Of a DNA stretch of 64,000 nucleotides, positions 40,901 to 52,900 are shown piece by piece; position 1 is the first letter of the stretch; the number at the start of each line of letters is the position of its first letter. A program made the position numbers and the translations under genes. The notes beneath the pieces were generated by a model, which was given only the letters and a program-made list of their open reading frames with translations, made no database searches and was not told the DNA's origin. The stretch lies in assembly GCA_002633005.1 (NCBI GenBank), contig NMRA01000031.1, positions 144,436 to 208,435 on the forward strand. The letters run 5' to 3'. This DNA is from Phoronis australis (Eukaryota > Animalia > Phoronida).

Positions 40901-43900
40901 ATGAAATTTGGAAAATAGATTTCTATCAAGGAGACAACAATGCCCTTACATTGGCTGGCTGGTGGATTCAATGTATTCTTCACCACTTAGTGGTCATTTT
41001 TATTATTTTGTTTCTCTTTATCTGCCAAACTGATCTTTTGGTTATTATGAAACTCGGTAAGTGTGTTGCCGATGTTGATTTTTGGAGTGTCATGTCACAT
41101 GCTATGATTAATGCACTGTTGTCCAAAAAGCTTTTAGACTTTAGACTATTTTTTTGAAATATTCCTCTTTTGCATGAGATCTATTAGAAAATAAGACTTT
41201 TGTGACTTGTTCAAAATTTACATCAAACAAAAATCAAACAATATTTTAGGATACTGTGACAGCATTTTTGAGATTTCATCTTGACCATAAAGGTCAAAAG
41301 AAATTTGATCGTGTTATTGATACCATTGTTTTGGTATGAATATTTCTTTCTGTTGGAAACAAAATTTTACTAAAAGGACGTGGTCAAGTGACACCGTTAA
41401 TGGCAGAAAATTCAAAAATCAAAATCTATGGTGTGGCCATCATATGGCGTGTGATAAGGTTACAAAATCCTAGACTTGTTGATATGGTCTTACATAAACT
41501 TAATGAATGAGCCTCATAGTGGTCACCAATCAATTGTTAATGTTATCAATTCTTGCAATAATATCCCTACTAAAGTTGCATTATTATTGAATGGTAGTCT
41601 TAACTTTGACGTCGTTCTCCATGAATTCCTCCTAAGCAACATTAGCAAATTTTTATGTACCGTTTATCAATATTGCTGCTTCTGATTTCCATACATGAAT
41701 CTGTACATGTTTTTGTTTTTATGTATTCGCAATAGCATATCTAAATAAATGTATATACCTCTATGTATATTTGTTTCATTTATGAATTGTTTACAACCCA
41801 GATATATTGCTTCGCGATTTCTAGGTTTTTCATCATTTCTTTGTATGTCTTGTGTATTCTTCAATAAATATATATACTTTAAAAACAAAACTAGTGGTCA
41901 TAGTATATTGACACTATTCTTGACTTCTATTTCAGATTAAAGCAGTTAAAAGCGGTACTTTGTTTTGGGGAGCCTGTACAGCACTATCTTATTTTTATAT
42001 GGTAGGTTGTTTACACTTTTTGTTCAGTACCTTGTTTACATTTGTTGTAGGAATCGACTCTGCCTTGTTTTGGGTAAAAACATTTTCATGTTTGGCCATT
42101 GCTTCAAACAGTTATCCCCTTGTTAAGGTTAGTTTCCAATGATCCAATTTTCAAAGCATTATGTCAAACTTTGTTCATTTTTTTCAGTTTAGGGGTTTGC
42201 ACGTTTGTATCAGTTCAATGCGGTTATTCATGACCAATTTGGCACCCATTCAGTGGAGAAAGCTGGTTCCCAAAATGCGGGTCCCCTGTAAGTGTCCGTC
42301 GCCATATCTAGAGCGTTTTTTTTTTAATTTTCTTTTTCATCAAATACATTTTACAAACGTGAAAATGAAGAGAAAACATTCATAAGCACATACATATACA
42401 CATGCACACTTGTGGTGAGGCTCATTTACAACTCAAAATAAACTGCTTTGGTATAAAAGTACCATTGGGCCCGTCTGGTATTAAAGTCGTTGAGTTTTAG
42501 AATATTGTGAAATAAATATTTTTCAATTTTGAAATACTCAGACTTCACTTTTAAAGTAAGTCAAATTGGGAGTCGAATTTTTAAGATGCTGGCAATAGAT
42601 ATGAAATTTTCCTAGGCATACAGTTAGATATCTTGTCCTTCAATCTCCCCAAAAATGTATCTAAATTTGAATAATCTATAACGAGTTCCTGGTTTTGTTT
42701 ATGATCCAGTCATGAACTGAAATCCCAAAAGACCATGTAAAATCAGTTCCAATACAATGTAATGTTGTACGCAGTTTTTTTAGACAAATGTTACTCTTTG
42801 CATATTATTGCCAGGGCATGTAGTTTTTCTACACGGTTGTTAGTTGCTTGGTATAACTGCACTGAAGCTACTAAGGGCTGTTCCAGCAAAATCTGTGTGG
42901 GAGGGGGGGGGAGGCAACTAAAATAAAAATTTATGGGTGGTTGCGTTTGATTTAAATTCAAAATGGCTGGTGGTCGTACTTCAAAAACTAAAAATTTACA
43001 GGTCGTTGCTGTTTCATTCGGCCATAAATGTTTGATGGTGGGTAATTTTAGTAAATTTTATAAACAATCCGCACAGAATCAAAAATTGAAACAAAAATGC
43101 AACTTGCAAAAAGCTCCGACTTTTTCACTCCCTCTGATCTCCTCATCGGCATGCCCATAACACCATTTAACCACAGGTGCTCGAATTTCTCGATGGCTAA
43201 TAACCACATATAAGAAACATATGTTTTCTTAGTAATGAATAACGTTAGTGTTGATGGAGGAACAGATAAACTCAAGCGCCTGTGCAGTCAACCACAAGAA
43301 CAAAAAAAAAATTACGGGTGGTTGCATTTCAAACTTATAAAAAATTATGGGTGGTAGGCTGAAGAAATAAATGAAAAATACGGGTGGTGGGTGCGAAAAA
43401 AAGGTGTCTTCCCCCCCTCCCATACAGATTTTACTGGAACAGCCCTAAGATGACTTGTTACTCCACTGTGCCAGTAACGTCGCAACTAGAGCTAATTTAC
43501 CAAGACACACAGTGAAACAAAACGTTTGTATAAAATGTTTCATGGATCCTGGAAAGTTTTGAGCTAAAACTATTTGTTGAGATGCATTATATGTTTTGTT
43601 CATGTCAGCCTCTTGATTTTAAATGGAAAATGAAAATTTGTCTACACTTGATCAACCGTACCCGAGGACTCGGTCAGTCTAAACTTTGACTGAAAATCAT
43701 GCTTTAGTTGTTTAGCTTGCCTTAACAAACCAAAGCAGACCAAAAACTGTTGGATACAAGGTTGTGGATTGATTAGTTTCCTCATTGATACTTGCTGGTT
43801 ATTGCAGGTGTCTGCCTGGGGTGGCTATGTCTTCATCATCAATCTCATCCCATTACATGTCTTTGTTTTGTTACTGATGGGGCGGTATTCCACCCGTATA

Positions 43901-46900
43901 TATGTAGGTATGTACTCACTCCGTGCTGCGGTAACTCTGGGTTTAAGTGGCGAGAGCTTCCACCCTGTACTGGAGATGTCTTGGTGGAAGTTCAATGTTT
44001 TGATGCGGAAGTTCATGTTTAGTTGGAGTGGTGGTTATTCAGATTTGAATTTGGACGTGATATTTATCAATTGAAATATTTGTTTGTATTCTTTGCATTC
44101 GTTCCTATGAGACTTTCCACTATATGAAAGCCTTCAGAAAGTTGTTCTAATGTTTTACAATATTGTATTGTTTTGTACAGGAGTATTAATTGTTGCTCTG
44201 GAACTCTTTTTAAGAGGTGATGAAATAGTATTTATCCAAGATAGAATGATTGATGTTTTTATTATGCAGAGAAACGGACACTGTGTAAAATGGGTTCATT
44301 TGTAAAAAGAGGGATATCAGGCTTGGTGAAACTAACAGGTGAAATATTTCCCGGTGTTGTGAAGTAAATCTGATTGTCTTTCAGCATATTGTTCATTTTT
44401 TATCATCGGGCTGGTGCTCTCCATGCAGATTCCGTTTGTCGGATTCCAGCCAATCAGAACAAGCGAACACATGGCTGCGGCAGGTTGGTATACAGCTGGT
44501 GCTCTCCAATAGTTCAGAATAATCGATGCTTAATGTCGATGCTCAATTTAATTTCCCTAAAGTACCTGTCACAAGAACATTGCTCTCAGGTCCTTGTAGC
44601 CTGTCTTAACATCTAGAAGAAACAGGCTGGCATGTTTGGAAACAGGCTGACCTTGTCTAAAATCATGTCAGGAATGTAAAACCATTGTATGTTTTCGTTT
44701 TGACTGAACAACGCTTAGTGGGTTCCCACGTGGGTTTTGTCTTGTTTCTGAGATTGCGGTGAGGATCAAATTGGTGTTACAATGTTGTGAATGAGGTTAA
44801 GCTAAATTTCACCCATTTAGGACACAACATGACAGACAAGTGAAGTTTTGTTTTTTCACGTTTTCATAAAGATATGTTTTGAAAGGTCTATACCATAGCT
44901 ACTGCTAGACAAAAATTCTGGACATTGTTTGCATTCGTAACTATGTTAAAAGCCTTTGAACATTGAAAAACGCAAATTTTGGCAATTTTTTGTCTGAAAT
45001 TGGTGAGATTTTACTGTACGCATTTAGGGAGAGTGTCCTTCTGTAATCATTTTTTCATATTGAACTTGTTTACAGTGATTATTGATGCATGTCAAGGAAC
45101 TAAATATTTGATAAATGAACACTTCCCTTTAGAGTTGATTTGTCAGTTTCCTGCTGTACGTGTTGTTTTCTTTAGCTGCATTTGAAATAGCAATGAAAAT
45201 GTCAAGAGACCTTGCTCTTCACTATGTGCACACTTTGATTGCATTTAGGTAACTATGGTAACTGAATACTCGATATGTCACCGTGGTTACAGAAGGACTT
45301 CAGGTTTTTGCAGATATCAGTTGTCTGTTGAGTCAAGGTTGTTTCTCTCTGCGTGGAGATTACTTTAAGCTCTCATAGATGTGCTGAATTTTTACAAATT
45401 CTGTTATACTCGGTGGCAACCATAACTCAGACGCTGTTAAACAGGCTCTTGGTTTTTACTTGACTGCTTCTCATACAAGCGTAAGCGTCCAGATTTTGGC
45501 ATACCTGAATATACACACAATTCTAAATGGTTTGGTAATACTTTTGTGTGCTGAAAATAGATTGCAGCTGGTTGTTTTAGATTATTCTCGTATTTATAAT
45601 TGTATTATTTTCCACATCGCAGGTGTGTTCGCTCTACTTCAAGCCTATGCATGCCTCGAGTACGTACGCTCATTCTTGTCCAAGTCGGAGTTTCGTTTCC
45701 TCTTTGTGGTGTCTGTTGCAGCTGCTGCTGCCGTCGTCTTCCTGGCCGTGGTCGGCCTCACTTACGCAGGTAATGTTCTCAAATGTGTCCAAGGTTTCAA
45801 TATAGTACACTTGGTGATTCAGTTGTGTAACTGATAGATTTTGAATTTTGCTGCAAAAGATTATGTGTGCTCAATGTTGCCACAAATTTGGAATATATGT
45901 GGCACTGAAGTAAAATGGGGCACCAGCTTCTATTGAGCCAAGAAAGTTCACGATATGCTTCCACTATTGTTGTGGTCAGTCTTGTGTTACCAAGTCATCT
46001 TCATAAGAGGTGTGCCGGTTTTCGTTGTCGGAAAGTTTTAAATTTCGCCGTATCACTGGCACGGTATGAATGGAATAGTGAAGCTCACCTTGTTTACTGT
46101 TGTTTTTGGTCATTGTCTGTTTTCTCCGACTGCATTCCACTTTGAAATGATTCTTTATAACAATAATCCTTGACTGTCTTTGCTAGGCTACATTGCACCA
46201 TGGAGCGGCCGGTTCTACTCATTGTGGGACACAGGCTATGCTAAGATTCACATTCCAATTATTGCCTCAGTGTCTGAGCATCAGCCCACAACATGGGTCT
46301 CCTTCTTCTTTGATCTGCATGTGTTGATCTGCATATTTCCGGCTGGTGCCTGGTTTGTCATTAAAGAAATCAATGACGAGAGAGTATTCAGTAAGTGTCC
46401 AGGTGTTAAGTAGGCGATAGTCGCTTGCAAAGGTTCGGGATTTTGAGAACCAGGTTAATGCCCGTTATTGATTGGAGAAACTGGTTCTCAAAATATGGGA
46501 CATTTGTAAGTGATTATTACCTCTAAATATGCCTGCCATCCCAGTTTTTCACTTGTTTGATTACACCCTTATAGCTATCTGTCATAAATCTTGTTGGTGA
46601 AAGTCTTAAGATGACAACTGAGTTAGTGAAATGAAACTTGGAAAAATTATGCTGAGTGAGATGAGGATTTCTTTAAATGACAAATGTAAATAGTACGTCT
46701 GCTCAGAGAGCAGATCAGCCTCTGTAGAGATGGATCTGCCGTCTCACAAGTAATTAGTGTAACAAAGATGCTCATACTCCATCACCCACTGGCCACCATT
46801 GGCGAACAGCCTAACCACAAATTATGCTATTGGAATGTTGGAAGGCAGATTTGCTGCCTGGTTGAGGAGCACATTCAGTTTGATGAGACGGTGTGTGAAC

Positions 46901-49900
46901 GTCATACTTGTAGTCTAAAAAATCGTGGTCATTCTACAGATTGCATTTAACTGAGGCCCTCTTGGAAAGCAGTGCTATCACTGAAGAGGCTGCCCTCATT
47001 TTAGATATCACAATTATAATAAATAAATAAAATAAATGTCCCAAATATTGGCATTTACCTTTAACTCAGCTAATTGTCATCTCTTCTTTCCATCCTTAGT
47101 TGTACTTTACGCGGTCACGGCTGTCTACTTTGCGGGTGTCATGGTGCGCCTCATGTTGACCCTTACCCCTGTCGTCTGCATACTCGCTGCCATCGCACTA
47201 TCTCGCATCCTCAGTATATATCTTAAGGATGAGCCAGTGACACCTGGTGAGAAGAAGGAGGTGACGGAGAAAAACAAAGATTTATACGACAAACCTGAAA
47301 AGGTAGGTCTATATTTTTATTCACCACTGCATGTGATTAATGTCAGCTACATACTCACAAAAAGCATGTAGTAACCTTTGTACAGTAAATGTTTTAGAAC
47401 TTATGTTTCATGACCCTCATCCAGTCACATTAAAGATGTTGAGCTTTTTGCATGTAATATTTTAGTGAGCTAGTCATATTTGATGAGATCTGTTGTATTA
47501 TACCAGAATACGGACCAGTCCAAAGCTGTGTTGTGTAAATGAAAAACGCTCAGGGACACTTGCTGAGAGAAATCTTTGCTGGAGGTTTTTCCATTGTTCA
47601 GCATTGCAGCTTATCCAAGTCTGTTCAGTTGAAGGATTTTGCTATGCTATAGTCCTAATGAGGTCTCAGTCTTATTCCTGAAACACTCCCCTTTCATTCA
47701 CTTGATTGAGATTTTGCACGGCCATGCGTCATGTCCCTTTTCCTTTAACAAACTTGCTCTGTGAAACGGTGCAAAACATTATCTCATGACTACTGGGCTT
47801 ACTGAAAAGCAAATATGCCAACGTACCCCGACCTGTTACAGTCATCTTGTGCTCAGAATGTTTGTGGTGAACAGCCAAAACATCAGGGTCATCTTGTTCA
47901 TTGGTTGTATGTTAGAGAAGTGAACAGTCATGAGTGTGATGACATCTTGAATGAGTTGATGCATCTTCCCTCTTGTCATGTTGATGAAAATCTATGCCTG
48001 CGCATCCTAAAGCGTAGATTTGTGGGATACGAGACATCGTATCCAGAAAGTGTCACAAAGACGAAATCTGCTCAGCAAACTGAGAGTTTACTTTGGATAG
48101 CTTCTACCTGTTTGTTCGCGTATGTAATAAGCAAATTTTGTTGAACTCACAACAATGTTCACGATTAATAATTTCCAATGGTATTCGCTAGAGTTTTCTT
48201 TATCTTTGATAGTCATTCGCACTGCATATACGATAAACTGAACTTCTGGCTTCTTGAAATACTACTAAATGAAGTGATAATTTATCAACATCCACTAGTG
48301 GTGCTGCTTTAGTGGATAACCGCTATCCCACAATCCTTTGCCTAGGTGACGTCAAGCCCTATCGGCACAAAGATGAATGTTATGTCACCGGCTGTAGACA
48401 TTCTATAGTGATGTGAAACTGGCTTGAGTTTTCTGCCATTATAAAAGTCTCTCACAATGTTAACACCATCAATTACAGGCCCATACATCTAGTCGCAGGG
48501 AAAGGGTGAGAAGATAATTATACTACGAATACAGAGTCCTGTGTTTTTACATTGCGTCTAATTTACATTCACATTAGAATGTAGTGGTGTAATGTTGTTG
48601 TTGTTTTGTTGTTTTTGTTGTTTTTGTTGTTATTGTTGTTTCCCATGAGAAGATCTACTACTCACTTCTTGACTTGAGTTATTTTTTGTCAACCAGTGAT
48701 GTAGTAATAAATGATTCATTGTGTAATAGTTGGATGACGTATTAAGAGTTTGTACTTGACTATTTGATCATATTAGCTAGACAAGTAGAGTGTATGGTTA
48801 GGGGTACAGTGAGCTGTTGTGGCTGGGGAATCAAGTAGCTTTGGTCTCTCAATATCCTCTCTGATTTAATGGTTTTACATTATTTGGTTAATTGGAAAGA
48901 TTCGTTAGTGGGTATTTACTAGATGGCGCTAGCGAAGAAAATGTCATCTGTTTTATCGGGACAGAAAGTTTAGGGGATATTCGTGGAATCAAGGGTACCC
49001 TGAGTGCTTGCAGTGATGCACGTTGATTGTTGTTTCACAAGCGCCTCTTAGTGAATTGTTAGTTTTCATTCAATAGTAGGGTATCATAACAGGAATGTTG
49101 CGCTCCTATTATCTTCACTGCATTGTACCTGTCATGTCGTTATCTGCAGCCCTCCAAGTCCAAGAAGAAAGAGGAGAAACCCAAACAAGAAGACAGCGTG
49201 GGCATGAATGCCAAGACGATCGTTGTTGTGGTCGTGCTCATGTTGTTGATGCTCTTTGCTGTTCACTGTACGTGGGTAACCAGCAATGCCTACTCTAGTC
49301 CCAGTATAGTGTTGGCATCATACGGACAGGATGGGTAAGTCTAGCTTTATCTGCCTGGGAGTCATAACTGGATGACCAGTAACACCTACTTCAGTCACAG
49401 TATAGTGTTTGGTTTATGTGGTCAGGGTGGGTAAAGCTAGCATTACTTGCCTGTACAATCATAACTGGATGACCAGTAGCGCCAACTTCTGTCCTAGTAT
49501 AGTGCTGGCTTTGTATGGACATGGTGTCTAAGGCTAGCCATGTTTCATTGTTACTTTGGTTACTGAACATTCAGGTTAAGAGAGACAGCAGTGTATTAAC
49601 TTGCCAAATATGGGAGCACTTGGTATTCACTTGCTGATTGTCAATTTTACCGTTTTCAGAACCAGAAACATCTTGGACGATTTCCGCGAGGCATACTACT
49701 GGTTGCGACAGAACACGCACGATAAGGCGCGCGTGATGTCCTGGTGGGATTACGGCTATCAGATAGCTGGTATGGGCAACAGGACGACATTAGTTGACAA
49801 TAACACATGGAATAATAGCCACATTGCATTAGTGAGTATCATAAAGGAGTATGACTAAGGTTACAGTAATTATTCACATATTTAATACACAATATGGCCA

Positions 49901-52900
49901 ACAAGTGAAATTCTATTTTGTCAAAGTTCTGTACAAAAGTGAGAATTAAAAACATCCTAGTCAATTATTAGCAATGTTTGTATTGTGTAGATACCATAAA
50001 ACAACATTTGGTAAAGTTTACATTATTTGTAGCGAAGAAATTGGCTTTTGAAAAATGGAAAATTACAATTTTGGCAATTAATTTTGTGCAAAATAAGTGA
50101 AGAATTATTGTAAACATCCTTAAGTTATAATTTGTGAATACACAATAGACAAACCTTACACCAACATGACAGTTCACCAGCAATGTGTTGTATAAATAGA
50201 CAAGCTAATAATATCGGTTCCACGTGACATCATGATCGGACAACAACTTTGATTATTATTTTGTGTGAAACAATTGTAGAATTAACATAGTTTTGTTTGT
50301 ACCGCCTAAGTTATTCAATCTTATGCAGGTTGGTAAAGCGATGTCGTCCAATGAGACAGAAGCGTACAAGATTATGCGAATGCTGGATGTTGACTACGTG
50401 CTGGTGATATTCGGCGGCGTGATTGGTTACTCCGGCGATGACATCAACAAGTTCCTGTGGATGGTTAGGATTGCTGAGGGGGAACATCCAAAAGATATAC
50501 GGGTGAATAGCAGCATATCAGTATTGATTGTATTGTCTTGTAGTTATCTGCCACTGTTAACACACAAAAAGTATTCAGACAGCATACTGTTTCGCCATCA
50601 CAATGGATAAGAAACCGTCATGACTAATCTTTCTGGCTACTGTGCTGGTAAATTCCACGTGCACTCGGACGTCATGACAGGGAATTGAGTGTATTTTGTC
50701 TGATTATTATTGGCGTGTACTCCACAATGTTTGCTTTGAAATAAGATTTGTAATTTTGCTCTGTTGTTACACCGACTTTATAATATGGAATACTTTTCTT
50801 TTGCCTTAGAATTGGTGAACGTCTTTTGAGTGATTTGATTAAGGGAAATTTTAATTTTGTCAAAGTTCAATATTCACTTAACAATTATTAAAAATAAGTC
50901 TTAAGTATTCTCTTATAATAGGAGAAAAATGTATTTTTGCTAAAAGATTGGCACATTTTTAAATTGCTCAAAAATGTTTATAAATGTATCGGAGATTTGT
51001 CAGTTGTGCAATGTTTCGTTTCACCTCATGTCACCTAGTTTAGCCAAGTCACCCGATCGTGTCTCCTAGCTAGCAGTTTGGGGTTAAACAAAAGCATACG
51101 ACTGACAAAGATAGTCTATTGTAATGGTACAGGGCGATTTGATATAGTTACTGAGCAGCTCTTGGACATTTCCCCTCATCTAAACATTGTTAAATATTCT
51201 ATTATTCAACTATTTACAACCTGTTGTATGAACCGTCTGCGTTGTCTGTTCCACAGGAGTCTGACTACTTTACGCCGCAGGGCGAATTCCGTGTGGACGC
51301 TGCTGGCTCCCCAACCCTTCTCAACTGTTTGATGTACAAGCTGTGTTATCATCGGTTTGGTGACTTGCAGGTATACATCCAGGGAGGCATAACTTAATGA
51401 TTGTGTCTTAACCTTTGACTTTTGTTTTAATCAAGTGACAACATGCGTTTGTTTGCTCCTGGTTGTGGTCATTGGTCGCAAGTGCAATTTGTCATCATGT
51501 CAGCCAATCCTCATGAGTGGGAGTGATCAGGAGTTCACCATAAAGTTAACACGGTGTAAACGCTGTAAGCTCATTTATAAGATTTTTCTGTAATGACGAG
51601 CCAATCCCAACTAATTTTGCAAATATTCAAAGTTAGTCTTCTTGATGGGAAAGTGGAATTTTTCTTTGATTACTTATGGTGAATATTGTGCACAGTTTAC
51701 AAAAAATCAATCAGTAGTTGTACTGTAGTTGTACAAACTAGTGGTACAAACTGTAGAGGTAGAAACTGTGGCTGTACAAATTGTAGTTGTACAAACTGTA
51801 GTGGTACAAAACTGTAGCGGTACAAAACTGTAGCGGTACAAAACTGTAGCGGTACAAAACTGTAGCGGTGCAAGCTGTAGCGGTGCAAGCTGTAGCGGTG
51901 CAAGCTGTAGCGGTGCAAGCTGTAGCGGTGCAAGCTGTAGTGGTGGTGCGAGCTTTAGTGGTGCGAGCTGTAGTGGTACAAGCTGTAGTTCTATTGTAGT
52001 TTCAGTGGTTTCAATACTAATTGAAACTCCCAATTTCCTTGCCTAATTGAACTGCTATTAACAGCATTCTGTACTTTGTACCACCAGCTGGACTTCAGGA
52101 GTCCGCCAGGATTCGACCGGACACGTAACGTGGAGATCGGCAACAAGAACTTTCAGCTGAACTTTGTGGAGGAGGCTTATACAACTGAGCACTGGCTGGT
52201 CAGGATATATAGAGTAAAGGACTTAGAGAATAGGGAGAGACGGGAGAAGATGGGCCGGCGCATCAGGAAGAAGGTGTCCAAAAAGGTAACGTACCTGGAA
52301 TTGAATGTTTCTGGGGCCCGTTTTATCAACTAGTACTGTAGGACCAATTGTAACCAAAGAGCAAACTGTTGCCACTGATGTTCAGTTGATAATTTTTGAT
52401 ATTCAACTTAACGACCATCTTCAGGAACCATGTTAATGAACTGAGTGAAAATTAAAATCAAGTTAACGACCGTCTTAGCTAAAACCAGACTTACACCCTT
52501 TACTAAAACGGGCCTCAAAAGCATGGCTGTTTAAATGTTCAGGATATTTTGTTTAGGACTGCTTTTAGAATACATATCTCTCCAGGTACCATCACTCCAG
52601 AGATGGGTAGGTCGGTCGGTAAATTATTGCCTGTACATGTCCATTTTTGTTTGCTAAAGTGTTATTGATTCAAGTAGTTGATAGTAATAGTTGTGTCCGA
52701 TTGGGATAAAAATTTCAAGTAGCTCACATCATAATTTACGGTTAGACTTATGAGGGGGAACAAGTGTAATTTTTGTTTGAGTCTTAAGACTTACAAACAA
52801 TATGAAAACGTGATCCATTGATTAGTCATCATCATCGGACAAGTGTCAGTGGTATACTTGTGGATACTGATTGTGTTGTCCATGAGAAGTTTGATGAGTA

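Noticed and set aside
51371-51380. Donor gtatacatcc resembling a U12 intron start
   Set aside because: It does not match the GTATCCTT consensus and no U12 branch point is evident.
51697-52033. Repetitive ORFs (LAPLQ)n and (HRYSL)n
   Set aside because: They are translations of a 15-bp intronic minisatellite, antisense to STT3B, with no other coding evidence.
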